Source: Tubiluchus corallicola (lineage: Eukaryota; Animalia; Priapulida). From it: a DNA stretch of 64,000 bases. Positions 51,752 through 64,000 of the stretch are shown piece after piece. The stretch is taken from contig JAQGDQ010000231.1 of NCBI GenBank assembly GCA_030141605.1, positions 248,001 to 312,000 on the forward strand. The letters run 5' to 3'. The first letter of the stretch is position 1. The number at the start of each line of letters is the position of its first letter. The notes beneath the pieces were generated by a model. That model was not told where the DNA came from. It was given only the letters and a program-made list of their open reading frames with translations, and did no database searches. The position numbers were made by a program, and so were the translations under genes.

Positions 51752-53491
51752 TTGTCTCATGTTTAGACTGTAAGATTTTCGCTTTACCACTTTCCCCATG
51801 ATATATTTGTCTATATTTCTGTATCTATCTTCTAGGGATAATCTACCTGCATCGATAATTCTTTCTCTATTATTTAGATATTATGGTTTTGATTACTTGT
51901 ACTACTCTTCAGTGTTAGGATTATGCTGCTACAATAGGAACAGTATTTTGGACTTAGAGAAATTAATTCTGACTGAGTTTTGTAGTTTTTCATTTTTGTA
52001 CTGATATTCATAATTTTCTATGAAGCATATTCACATAAAAAGTACAAAAAATAAACGGATGTATAAAAATGAACGGATTTCTATTTTATATGTATATAAA
52101 TATATATACATACATATATATACATTATATATATACATTATATATATACATTTATATGTATATACTAAGTGTTGTCAGATTGTTTCGCTAGCAATGACTC
52201 TCAATCTTAACAATCGGTACTTCTTTTCTATTAGAGGGCTTATTGTTTAGTCTTTCCTGGTATCCACTAGCGATTCAGTGTGTAGAGAATGCCCTGTATC
52301 AGGGTCGGACTCGGTACTAGGGGCATTCATGATGTCCTGTCCAGAAATCCATCAGAAGAGGCAAATATTCGTATTTGTAGTCATATGAAAATTCCGACAT
52401 AACTAAATCAATTTAAGATGAAATTCGCAAATTTCTAGCAATTTCCATGGCAAAGGAATCTATTGCTACTAGGAAATGAGAGCACTAGTCACAGAAAATG
52501 CAGGTTAAACGTGGCTAAATGTCTACTGTCATATACAACCTGAGCCAAGTATGTCTGCTTTTTACACATGGCCGGAATTGCTATGGAAAGTAAAAAAGTG
52601 TGTTGATATGGCAGTTTTTCTAACAGTGCCCCTCTATATAATGTCATTCATGATATTATCTCAGCTCGTGCGTTTTCATGAAATGTGGAATACAGATTTG
52701 TCACTTATAATCCAGCATATAGATAGAAAAGATATTGAAAAAATACAAAAAAGGGGAATTTTGCTGATTTTTGTGAAATTTTAAAGTACTAGTACTAAAT
52801 ACTGAAACAGGCTCCAGCAAATTTTCTTTTTTATATTATTAGTGAGGATGATGGTTAACACATACATGAAAACCAGAAGTTCTGTAGCCCCGCAGTGGGC
52901 GAGTTATGAGCCTTACAACTTAACCTCTCCCTGGACTCTTAACAAAGAGCCGAATTTGAAAAATCCCGTTCTCTGATACTATTAATAGTATGTCAGAAAA
53001 AGTTCGGATATCAGAAGACAATATCTGTGTCTATGTACCAGCCAACTTACATCGACCCATCTATAATAGTTTATACAGGAGAAAAAGTTAAAATAACCAC
53101 CTCAAAATAGCGAATTTTTGCCTCTTTTGAGGTCAATTTCTTCATGTGGTCATTTCTCTGCCAATAGTAGCTCGATCGATTTGATATCTTGGTTACATGG
53201 TTTTGGGGGGTCGCCCTTCATGTTAGAAAAAAATGATATAAATTCGTCACCCCTCATGTGCCACCTCCTGCATGGTGCTCTCGCGGACTCGTTCTTAACA
53301 TTTATTCATTGCTATACATTTTTTTTTAAATTTGCACGAACCTTATCCTTGAAATCTATGTAATTTTCGTCGGATGCGAATCCGTCATACAAGTACAAAA
53401 ATTATGTTAATGGATACGTAAGTACCATTTTGCAAACATTAAGTGCTTATGTACACTTCAAAGAAAACAGCAGTGCCACAGACATACTTAC

Positions 53492-53561
53492 CTGATGTAG
53501 AATGTAATGGATTGTTACTCTTTATCAGTTTTAGTGGGGCACCGGCAAACTTGGCGTATGC
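53492..53561 (-). CDS. MTX1: Metaxin-1-like, exon 2
   Basis: tttttcag/gtaagt; AYAKFAGAPLKLIKSNNPLHSTSG (cf. TYARFTGAPLKVHKISNPWQSPSG); 70 nt, phase 0 to 1. Confidence 0.95.
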
Positions 53562-53652
53562 CTGAAAAAATAATCAAGATACTTACTTAATAATTCAAAA
53601 AAATAATTTTTTCACAACTGTCACACTAGCTCGATCCCTGGCAGGAGCACAC

Positions 53653-53865
53653 TGTGACGTGTTCTTATCTGTGGCTAACATTTTAATGTTTGTGCTTACT
53701 AAGATTTCCCTTATTATTTAAGCGGGCTCACCACGAGGTAGAAGTTACGTAATATGGGATTTGCTTTGTTCGCATGGTTATCTGAACTGATGCTCATTTA
53801 ATAAACGTTTGTTTTAGTATTCACTAATTATTCAACTGTTGTGGCTGTATCTTGCAAACGTTACA
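53653..53865 (+). repeat. 5' LTR
   Basis: TGTGACGT...ACGTTACA; differs from the 3' LTR at 3 positions that I could find (all transitions). Confidence 0.97.
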
Positions 53866-53975
53866 TGGTAGTACGGATGGAAGTTATCGGCAAGTGCTTA
53901 ACTACTGATACGCTGATAACATCACTTCTTTAAGTAACGCCAAACTTTCTATCGGGAAGACTGTGGTAAGATAAA

Positions 53976-56900
53976 ATGGCTGACGGCGAAGGTCATGTTC
54001 AAGTTACTTCCCCGTATAGTGTTCTACCTGCACCACCTAGACTAGACCTGCATGGAAATTTAGCTGCGAATTGGCGAAAATTTCGTCGGGTGTGGGACAA
54101 TTATGAGGTGGCTTTGAAGCTCAATGAAGCAAATGATGCTATTAGAACAGCCACGTTATTGACCGTTTTGGGTCCTGAGTGTGTGGAAATTTTTTGATGG
54201 ACTAGAATTTGAAAATGAGGCAGACAAAACAAATGTTGCAATGGTTCTACAAAAATTTGAAGCATTTTGTGTCGGAGAAACTAATGAAACTTACGAACGA
54301 TATTGTTTTAATAAACGCGATCAAAATCCTGGTGAAACAATTGATGCCTATGTCTCATCTTTGCGCACACTAGCCAAAAGGTGTAATTACGGCAACCTAA
54401 CTGATAGTCTGATACGGGATCGGATAGTGCTAGGCATAACTGACAATATTACTCGTAAGCGACTACTGCAAGAGTCGAAACTAACATTGAGTAGCTGCAT
54501 AACTATTTGTCGCTCGTTTGCTGAGTCTGCAAGTCAACTTAAAGATATAAAGGCTGAACAAGCCTCGTACTCTGAACAAGTGCAAGCTGTCAAACCCAAA
54601 ACTCATAAAGGTAGTGCTAGTAAAGCCACGGGTGCTAAGAAAAAGGTGATTGACTGTCACTTCTGTGGGCATAAGCATGAATGGGACAAAAATAAATGTC
54701 CTGCTTATGGCAAAACATGTAACATTTGCCATGGAAGAAATCATTTTCAGTCTATGTGCAAATCTAGAGGTAAAACTGACACTCGTGCAAAATCATTTCC
54801 GTCGAGAAGAGGCCAAAGTGTCTTTGGCATGGCAAACTGTGAGGAAAAGTCGAATGAGTACATGATTGGAACTGTAACTCATACTGTTCATGCTACTGAA
54901 CAGTGTACCACACAACAGCCTCAGATTTACAGTGAATGGCTTATGGAGGGTACACCTACGATTTTTCAGATTGACTGTGGGGCCAGTATAAACATTATAC
55001 CTGAAAGACTTGTGCCACATCACTTGTGTGATAAACTTGCTACTGTAAACACTGTGTTAGAAATGTGGAACAAAACTAAAATAAGTCCCATTGGGCAAGT
55101 CAGATTGCCAATTGTAAATCCAAGGAATAAGAAAAGTTACTCTGTGAACTTTTTGGTCGTAAACGAAAATTATGTACCATTGTTAGGTTCGTGTGCTTCA
55201 CAGCAAATGAAGCTTATTACTGTAAATGAAAATAACTTCAAAAGGGTTGAATCAGCCAATGTTGCTAATATGTTGTGTAGTGATAGCAGTACTAGGCCTA
55301 CAGTACATGTTTCAGATGTTTGTAGTGTTGCTGATTATAATGCTTTACTAACTGAATTTTCTGATATTTTCAGTGAGGTACCAGGAGAATTCCCTGGATG
55401 TGCAAGTTTGAAAATTGATCCTACTGTACCGCCAGTTGTTCAACCATGTAGGCGACTTCCTTATAACATGCGAGTTAAATTTAAAGCTGAACTTGACAAA
55501 CTCGAACAAAACAACATCATTGAACGTGTAGACCACCCTACTGACTGGGTTAACGCATACACAACTACTACTAAATGTTCGGGTAGTATCAGAATCTGCT
55601 TGGATCCTAAACCACTGAATAAGGCTATCAGACAAGAAATCTACCATATTCCTACAATGGAGGAGCTTACTCCTAGACTGTGCAATGCGAAGCTCTTTTC
55701 TACTTTCGATGTGACAAGTGGGTTTCATCACATGAAGCTAGACGAAAAGACCAAAGATCTAACAACATTTGATACTCCGTTCGGTAGATATCGTTATACT
55801 AGAGCTCCGTTTGGGATTTCGGCTTGGCCTGAGATTTTTCAGAAGAAAATGGATGAGCAAATACAAGGCCTAAAAGGAATAGAAGACTTCCACGATGACG
55901 TACTAATTTATGGTTGTGGTGCTACCATTACAGAAGCCGGTGTTGACCATGACAACAAACTTAGAGCATTCTTTGAACGATGTCGTGAAAGAAATATAAA
56001 ACTAAATCCAGATAAAAGTCAGATTCCACGGAGTGAAGTGCGATACCACGGGCATATTCTGAGTGCTAATGGTATTAAAGCTGACCCCGACAAGGTCGTA
56101 GCGGTGCAAAATATGCCAGCTCCAATCGATAAGACGGGAGTAAGAAGACTGTGTGGTTTTGTCAATTACTTGGCAAAGTTTTTGCCTATGCTTTCTGAAG
56201 TCTTAAAACCTATTAGTAACCTAATGTCTGACAAAACAGAATTCAGATGGAACTTTGAACAAGAAGAGGCATTTGCACAGGTTAAAAAGCTCATAACTAC
56301 GTCTCCCGTGCTCAGATATTACAACCCAGATGAAGAACTCACTCTGCAATGTGACAGCAGTCAGTCAGGCTTAGGTGCATGTCTAATGCAGAATGGTCAA
56401 CCAGTTGCGTTCGCCTCTCGAACTTTGACTGCAACCGAACAGAACTATGCGCAACTTGAAAAGGAAATGCTGAGTCTAATTTTTGGTATTCAAAAGTTTG
56501 ACCACTACTGCTACGCTCGTAAAGTAAAGCTGGAAACTGATCACAAGCCTCTTGAATCCATACTCAAGAAGAGCATACTTAGTGCTCCTAAGGAATACAG
56601 CGCATGATGTTGGTGCTGCAGAACTATGATGTTGAAGTAGTATATAGGAAATGAGCAACCATGCTGATGGCTGACACCTTGTCTCGTGCTTCTCTCCCCG
56701 AGACTGATGGCATTGCTTTAGAATTTGAAACTGTACGTGCTTTGGAATACGTACCTGCTACTTTTAAAGATGAGAAACTTGAATTGCTCAAAGTGGCTAC
56801 AGTGACTGATCCAGAGATGAAAGCTTTGCAATCTATGATTAGGTCTGGCTGGCCTTGCAAAGTATCTGAGGTACAACCAGATCTACGGCAATACTTTAAT

Positions 56901-58055
56901 TATAGAGATGAACTGGCAATAAATGAAGGTTTGATATTTAAAGGTGAGAGAATTGTATACCCACCAAGCGAAAGACTGTCTTTCATTAGAATGGTTCATG
57001 CTAGCCACCTGGGAATACAAGGCTGCTTGCGAAGAGCACGTGAAGTTGTATTCTGGCCTCGGATAAACGCTGATTTTGAATCTTACATTCAAAAGTGTGA
57101 AATCTGTAATGCAAATCCACGGTCACAGCAAAAGGAGGAATTGATTCCACAAATTGCAACTCGACCATGGCAGATTGTAGGAAGTGATCTGTGTGAGGTA
57201 AATAATACTGATTATCTCATAACTGTTGACTATTATTCCAATTTCTTTGAAATAGACAAGCTTGAATCAAAAGAAGCTAGAACAGTCATAACAAAGTTGA
57301 AAGCACATTTTTCTCGGCATGGAATACCAGAAATGCTCCGTTCTGATAATGTGCCATTTGATTCTCAAGAGTATAAAATTTTTGCTAAAACTTATGGCTT
57401 CCAAAATGAAACTTCTTCACCGAGGTATCCAAAATCAAATGGCAAAGTTGAGAATGCTGTCAACACTGCTAAGCGTTTGATGAAGAAAGCGCTAGTTGCA
57501 AAAGAAGACCCATACTTGTCTCTATTGGCTTATAGAAATACACCAACAGAAGGTCTTAATGCATCACCCGCTCAACGATTGTTTGGAAGACGGACACGAA
57601 CTACTCTACCAATGCCATCTTCTTTGCCAGAGCCGAAACTTGTGCCAAATACTGGAGAGAAAATCATTGCTCAGAAGGATCGCCAAGCTACATATTACAA
57701 CCAACAGGCGAAACCTTTGATTCAATTAATGGTTGGGGATGTTGTACGTATGGACCCTCTACGAAAAGGGAAGATGTGGGAGAAAGCTATAGTGATACGG
57801 AAGATTGGTGAAAGGTCTTACCTTGTAAAGACTGAAAGTGGAACCGTGTACAGAAGAAACAGAGTTCATCTGCGCAAAACGTCTGAGACTTATATAGATG
57901 AATCTGTATACTGCCCATACGACAACATGAGACAGAAACAAGACGTGATACCAGACAGACTTAACAATAACAGACAGAGGAATGATAACGAGATTAGAAC
58001 ACGTTCTGGTAGGCGAATTCAGAGACCTAAGTTTCTTAATGATTATGTAACCTAG
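53976..58055 (+). pseudogene. gag-pol polyprotein, disrupted by two frameshifts and one nonsense codon
   Basis: Gag (W..F...W.NY; RDRIVLGI; two knuckles CHFCGHKH..C / CNICHGRNHFQSMC), protease FQIDCGAS, RT (ICLDPKPLN, FHDD), RNase H (CDSS..EKEML..TDHKPL), integrase (H-H-C-C; GSD, SDN, ENAV). Extra T in the T6 run at about 54190; 1-nt loss at about 56592; TGA at 56652-56654. Confidence 0.93.
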
Positions 58056-58169
58056 TTTGAGTATTAATAACCTTGATGTTGACCTTTAATTTTGTGACCT
58101 TGATATCTGCCTACATTGATGTTTTTCAGTTTAGTTGGTCTACGTTACTTACTTTTAAAACGAAGAGGA

Positions 58170-58382
58170 TGTGACGTGTTCTTATCTGTGGCTAGCATTT
58201 TAATGTTTGTGCTTACTAAGATTTCCCTTATTATTTAAGCGGGCTCACCACGAGGTAAAAGTTACGTAATATGGGATTCGCTTTGTTCGCATGGTTATCT
58301 GAACTGATGCTCATTTAATAAACGTTTGTTTTAGTATTCACTAATTATTCAACTGTTGTGGCTGTATCTTGCAAACGTTACA
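58170..58382 (+). repeat. 3' LTR
   Basis: Direct repeat of 53653-53865. Confidence 0.97.
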
Positions 58383-59418
58383 CACACAAGATTATTATAT
58401 ATATGTTATTTTCAAAGTTTTTTTACACACGTTCAAACAGTGTTATCATACATCCAAAATGCTAGTTTTCCATACATACATCCAACATTCTGAATTGGCA
58501 GAGCCTTAGGCTTTTTTCAAAAGTGATACTATAGAAGTAAAAACCTTGAATTCAAAATGATGGATTGAAAATCCAACTACATCAGTCGATGCAGAATTTG
58601 TTCTAGCACATCAGTGGAAGTTTCATAATAACCCACTGCAAACTGGCAGAGCATTAGATTTTTCCAAAAGGTCAAGCTCTGGCAAGAACTAGAATAACAA
58701 CATCCAGAAAAGTAACGATTTTGGTCAAGTCCTTCTAATAAAAGTAGGAATTAAACTAATTACACAGAGACAGACAGCATGCGTTTTATTCAAAAAGGGT
58801 TTGGCTTATCGTGTGATACTTTGCTCCAGCCTAGCTCTTGCATTTTTTGTGTAGAATAGGTTTGTGCAAATATTTTTCGTTTAAGGCAGTTTATAAGTCT
58901 AACTCTTTTTAACGTATCCAAGCTCATTAGGCCTGCATTACAAATACCTGAAGCACAACGGTTCACCATTATAAAGTTTGGCATTCCATGATCATGCCCA
59001 AATTTTGATTGCAATATTCTTAGGTAACCGTAAAAAACGAAAAAAAAACAATCCACATTTTCATGTTATTTTAAGTATGAAGTGTGTTAGCAAACAAAAA
59101 CATAATGCCCTTTAAAAAGGCTTTATAAATTATAGTCTCAAAGATTATTACATATCCAGGCACTTTCGCCATAGCGGAGCTCATCAGCCAAAAATTACAG
59201 ATAAAATGTTATAATATTTCTAGTATATATAATATTTGTAGGGAATCAGAATTGATAATATTTTGTTTTTTTGCTGTTTTCAATTGTACATGTATATTTG
59301 TATTATTGTAGTTTGCTGGTGAAATAAATTGAATTTGAAAACCCTCCCTAATCTACAATAATAACTACAATTTTAAAGCTTTTACAAATGCTAACAATAA
59401 AGAAAAATGAATCCGTAC

Positions 59419-59529
59419 CATTACAGCTAAGCAAGCAGGATCTACAGACGGCAACCCATAGTCTCCTTTCCATATTTCTAATTCCATTGGCGGTAGCATT
59501 GCAGATAAATCGTCCGTGGAAGCTGCCAT
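59419..59529 (-). CDS. MTX1: Metaxin-1-like, exon 1
   Basis: MAASTDDLSAMLPPMELEIWKGDYGLPSVDPACLAVM|gtacgg (cf. [27 protein letters not shown]); 111 nt. The eight exons sum to 1002 nt = 333 aa plus stop. Confidence 0.94.
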
Positions 59530-59926
59530 ATTGCTGTACTAGTTTTAGTTCAGAAAATACTACGCGTCAAATACAACAATTGAAACCAGATTTGAAAGTC
59601 ATATGTACAAAAAAAATTCAGTAATTGCAAACGGAAACACAGCACGCTGGAGCTTAACTTATTTTCAGGTTTAAGTGTTCGTTTATATGTCTTTCAAAAA
59701 TAAGGTTTGTTAACGAAATCATTTTTGTTGCGATAGCACATCCAGGAAATGCTCCTAGGCACCGGTTAAACACACGAGTTCGATGTTATGAAACTAGACT
59801 TTTGCAGAATATAAAGTAGCATAATAAATTTTAGTTGACTGATTAAACCTTGCGACATTATGCAAACTATATACTGTAATAAAAATATGATATGACATTG
59901 TGGAGGAATTTATGAAGCCACTTTAG
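59530..59926. promoter_or_regulatory. Probable bidirectional promoter and 5' UTRs shared by metaxin and ADPGK
   Basis: Only 397 bp lie between the two divergent ATGs, and CpGs are retained. Transcription start sites cannot be seen from sequence. Confidence 0.7.
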
Positions 59927-60096
59927 ATGGATAATACGCGACCGTTGTTACAGATAGGCTTAGTAATTTTAGCAACAACCTACTATTGCTCATTTAAAAA
60001 AAAATCACACGATGATGAAAACATAGAAAGTGATGTCTTTCAGGCCTGGCAAGCTATAAAACTACCCGATACGCCATTCACAAGGGTCGCATTTGG
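59927..60096 (+). CDS. ADPGK: ADP-dependent glucokinase, first coding exon (N-terminal hydrophobic anchor)
   Basis: MDNTRPLLQIGLVILATTYYCSF...AWQAIKLPDTPFTRVAFG|gtaatt; 170 nt, ends in phase 2; in-frame TAG directly upstream of the ATG. Confidence 0.82.
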
Positions 60097-60534
60097 GTAA
60101 TTATGGAAATGTAAATTCTAATTGGAAAATCATCGTCATTGTATTCAATATGTCTGCAACCCCGATTTCATTAGCCTAGGGTTATTAAGCTACGTGTTTT
60201 CTCAAGACCTTAAACATTTTTGACTTGCAAAGTTGGTAAGACATACGTTTGACAGAAGAAAATAGAACTGTTCTTAACTAAATTGAAATTATGCAATCAA
60301 AGTCAGTCCAATATAAAATTGTACAATGATAACTTATAATTTGATATACAAAGTACAGATTTTATTATATTGTCCAACGAATGACAGAATCTACAGATTT
60401 TTGAATCCTGACATGACAATTTATTTTATGACATTTACCTTTAAAACAATTTTTTCATTATTATTTATAGGTATTATATGAAGCTAGAATTCTTCGAAAA
60501 GCCTAACTTTTATTTCTGCTGTCCGTTATTTCAG

Positions 60535-60680
60535 GCTGAATACAAACTTGGATCTAATAGTAAATGGATCAGAACTAATCCGAGCATTGGGGTTGGTCCC
60601 TTCAAAGAATCCCACTGATCATCTTGTGCTGGAAAGCTTCAGTGATCTTAATGATGCTTTCACCTATTTCTTAAATAAAG
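60535..60680 (+). CDS. ADPGK: ADP-dependent glucokinase, exon 2
   Basis: tttcag/gtatta; LNTNLDLIVNGSELIRALGL..DHLVLESFSDLNDAFTYFLNKG (cf. [42 protein letters not shown]). Confidence 0.93.
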
Positions 60681-61217
60681 GTATTAATCAACATTGGAAG
60701 TTTTTGACTAGATTTTTTTATGTTTATGATGTATATTTTTATAGAGGTCCCGTGAACTCCGCGGCCGCACAGTTTTAAAGATGTAAAGTGCGGCAGAAAA
60801 TATATGCTGTGAGAATTTCGTTTATTGTTTATGGTATAACACAATGGTATTAGTAATTGTAATCTTTATACTTGCTTGGTTTTAATCTCTGCAATTTTGT
60901 CAGGTAAATTGAATTTTCCATTCACTTTAACCTTCTTTTTCACTTTACTTTAACTTTAACTTTAGCATTATGATTTATTGTTCACTAACCTGTTGCTTTG
61001 TGTGCTACCATTTAATGATTAATTATTTAAAATATCTATGCAATCTTCCATAAGCACCAAGTGGCTTTTTTCTTATTTCTAAAGTCACAAATACACAAGT
61101 ATCTCCTAACTAGATATTGTTGCCATTTCTCATAAGTAGTCGGCATAAATTTGACATCTTGTGTCATCTTTCAATAGTTGTTTGTAAGCTTCTCAATCAA
61201 AACTTTTGTTTCTTTAG

Positions 61218-61300
61218 GGGCAGCTGCAGAGAGATATTACAAACAAAAATTTTCGTACAATCAAGTTATTTCTACTGCTAGTACACTGCAACATACTGAG
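61218..61300 (+). CDS. ADPGK: ADP-dependent glucokinase, exon 3
   Basis: tctttag/gtaatg; GAAAERYYKQKFSYNQVISTASTLQHTE (conserved GAAAER). Confidence 0.93.
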
Positions 61301-61909
61301 GTAATGCAGCTAGTGTCTGGTTACTGTTAAAATGCATTCTTTCAGGAAAGACATTTAGTTTCTGTAAAAAAAATTTGGTGAAGGTTTCTGAATCCATTTT
61401 CAAGGATAGGCAACCTTATTTTCAGAATAAGTGATGTAAGTAACAAGGTTTTGGATTCACAACAGTCACATTATTCTTAAAGGAATACTTGTAACTTTGA
61501 CTATGGTTCCTCTTTTATGTGTCTGCAACAAATCCCATGTGTTAAATTTGAATTCAGAGTTTGATACAGATCTGCAGTATACATAGGAGACAAGCCATTA
61601 TGGTATGGCCTTTAGATAATCAGCAGAAGGCAACTACAGTAATTTTTCAACTTAATGTTGTGCATATGTGAGGAGTGGGAAGAAGTCCCAGGTGCTTATT
61701 ATATAACTCTACAATTATGTACTGTTTTCATTCTGTATTTCTTCGAAAGAAATGTATGAATGCAAGTATTGCGTGTTCCAAGTCAAAAAGATACCAACCG
61801 TATTTTTTAACAAAGAGTATTTAGCAGATAATGTAATGAACAAAAGTAAAGATATTAAGATTATTGTCATGATATAAGACAAGCAATATTTTGTTTATTC
61901 TCTTTATAG

Positions 61910-61975
61910 TGGAACATTGGTGGCAATGCAGCTTTAATGGCGAAAACAATGATTACTTTATTTCCTGGAAGAAAG
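61910..61975 (+). CDS. ADPGK: ADP-dependent glucokinase, exon 4
   Basis: tttatag/gtatgt; WNIGGNAALMAKTMITLFPGRK (GGNA sugar-binding motif). Confidence 0.94.
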
Positions 61976-62771
61976 GTATGTACATGTGTAGAAGAAGCAA
62001 CTGCATAGGAAAGCATTGTTAATTAAAACTTAGCAGGTATGCATTAAGAAATGCGAAAGAAGGTGATATGAAATGTTTCTGATACTGCAATGCTTCATAT
62101 GTTACTCGTTAAAGTGTATTTTTCCCAGTAAGTTAAGAAAACTTAACTAACCTATCGCACAAGACAAACACAACAAAATTTTAACTCTCGCTATGGTTAT
62201 GAAAAGTTTCTCAATTTCTTGGTGTAATTTCATAATTTGACGGTAATATTGTAATGTTGATCATGGCGGAGTTTGTGACCGACTTAGTAAGCGTGCATAC
62301 TTCACGTGAATGGTTCGCAGCTGCCTCGCGTTGATTGCTTAGAGTGGTTTCATTTGCCATCTGAGTGTTTACTTGGTAGGCGGATGCTATATATATATAT
62401 ATATATATATATATCTGAATGTGGCTGAAGCACCTCTGCCAGTTCAGTGGCTCATCTTAGTGGTGATATCATTGATAATGAATTAGCATCCATTGTGCTA
62501 CAAGCATAGCTTCGAGTAAGCATTTTCGTTGAATGCTAAATTCCCGTTATCAGTGTGCCCGAGTGTAAAAAAATTAGTCAAAGTAAAGAGTATGTCCATA
62601 TGTAATTAGCATATGCTATGTAATGTAATGTGAATTTGATACATGTGCATCACGTGCATTTTAGTTATTTGTTATTTTTTATTAAATTTGTTAAGCCTTA
62701 GCAATCAAAGTGAAATTGTAACCTTGACAGTTTGATTATTATCATATTGTCATTCTTTTCCTCTGTTCTAG

Positions 62772-62981
62772 GTCATGCTTGCTGGTCCTATTGGTCCAAA
62801 GCTTCGTTCACTGCTTGATCAGGAACTACACATTCCTCATACGTCATCTGTAGCTGATGACGAAGTACATTTAATCATGGAGTTTCATAAAAATGAACGA
62901 TGGGGTCCTTATGCATCCCCCGTGTCCAGCAGATTTATCACCTCACATGATGAACAAAATGGTCAGCTAACTATGCTAGAT
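62772..62981 (+). CDS. ADPGK: ADP-dependent glucokinase, exon 5
   Basis: gttctag/gtaagc; VMLAGPIGPKLRSLLD..DEVHLIMEF..WG..SRFITSHD..NG. Confidence 0.95.
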
Positions 62982-63821
62982 GTAAGCTGTAAATTTCAGT
63001 AATATTAGTAAACATTGCTTTTTGTCGAATTTCAAACGTATTTTTCCACTTTGTGTTATAATATTATCTTGGATTTTGTTTTTCAATTCTGCATTGCCCT
63101 TTCAACAAACATTGTTGGAAAAGTGAAATTCTTCATCTAACAATCACTGCTACCACTCGGTCGACGCTTCCTCTCAGAAAGAAGTACGGCTCTGAAATAC
63201 ACATACTTCTTGTGTTAACAGTATACACCAAATTGTTTTGGCTGGGATACTTCCTTAATCTCCCAAAATCTGCACCCTTACTTTTTGCGATATGTGTACA
63301 CATTCATTTCATCAGCTACACATGCGTTAGCGTCTTGCTGTATCTGGCAATGTTCATGCAAACAGCTTAAGTTATAAAATGCTTGTTGCAAACATGTCTA
63401 CATTACAAGCACTAAACATGTCTGTGCTTTAGTTAATCAAGATAAAAAATTTGCAGTTAAATGAAATATAATTTGAGAAAACGGGTAACAAAATATCGTT
63501 ATTAACATTAACTGTCGCTAAATGGGTAATTAGGCAAAGACTAACTACAGTAAATTAGGTACAGTTACACATTTAGCTAATTTAGCTTTTTTATCCTTGT
63601 CATTTAAAGTTAAAATTAAATTTCAGTGTCATTTGCTTCTGGTGTTTGTTACCAACGTATTAAGTGCATTAATTGTGTTTATTGCCAATTTATGGTATGA
63701 AAGAACTATATTCCATGACCAAAAAAAACTTTGCATCAATATTTATGATTTTAGTAATATGTGCTACTTTATGAAATTATCAGATCATGCACATTTTGCT
63801 GTAATTTCTTCTTTTATACAG

Positions 63822-64000
63822 GAATACTTCAATGCAATTATGGTGTGGAAATCAGACTTAGTTGTGATTACAGGATTTCACAATCTTGATGGTGCTGCCG
63901 ACTCACTGTGGGCAGACAGAATCATACAAGCAGTGAACAAACTTTCCTATTTCCCAAGATCCCTTATGGTACACTTAGAGATTGCAAGTATGGCCAACAA
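63822..64000 (+). CDS. ADPGK: ADP-dependent glucokinase, exon 6 (runs off the window end)
   Basis: ttatacag; EYFNAIMVWKSDLVVITGFHNLDG..VHLEIASMAN (cf. PDLVVLSGLHMMEG..VHLELASMTN). Confidence 0.93.

Larger units (their letters stand above)
53653..58382 (+). mobile_element. Ty3/Gypsy LTR retrotransposon, Mag-like, full length (4730 bp), in metaxin intron 1
   Basis: 213-bp LTRs (TG..CA), 5-bp TSD CACAC (53648-53652 / 58383-58387), PBS TGGTAGTACGGATGG at 53866, PPT AAAACGAAGAGGA before the 3' LTR, domain order gag-PR-RT-RH-IN. Confidence 0.97.

Noticed and set aside
54181-54200. Programmed frameshift between ORF 53976 and ORF 54181
   Set aside because: The shift lies inside gag, and removing one T from the T6 run restores EIFDGLEF. 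This is a mutation or homopolymer error, not a gag/pol recoding site.
59892-59915. MTLWRNL resembling the vertebrate ADPGK start MALWRG
   Set aside because: Out of frame with the ADPGK exon and closed by stops in the relevant frames; no single indel joins it.

Overview
AT-rich animal (probably invertebrate) genomic DNA with spliceosomal introns. It holds three host genes. (1) The last coding exon of a rhodopsin-type peptide GPCR (+, 4138-4967). (2) A complete 8-exon metaxin-1-like gene (-, 59529 to 12516, 333 aa, all splice phases consistent), whose last intron is about 28.9 kb while the others are about 1-6 kb. (3) The first six coding exons of ADP-dependent glucokinase (+, from 59927), head-to-head with metaxin across 397 bp. 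Mobile DNA includes an apparently full-length two-ORF non-LTR retrotransposon (15269-20250, -) with a TAATG stop/start overlap, flanked by GA microsatellite, and a recent but disrupted Mag-like Ty3/Gypsy LTR element (53653-58382; 213-bp LTRs, CACAC TSD). There are also Harbinger, pogo/Tc1, hAT and Kolobok-like non-autonomous elements, CR1/L2 relics, 5S- and tRNA-derived SINE relics and two minisatellites. Best leads: a CpG-rich domain inside the giant metaxin intron with phase-compatible candidate micro-exons (possible nested small gene, speculative), an inverted pair of Penelope-type hammerhead-ribozyme relics, and the intact LINE. All calls were made by eye; no database searches were run.
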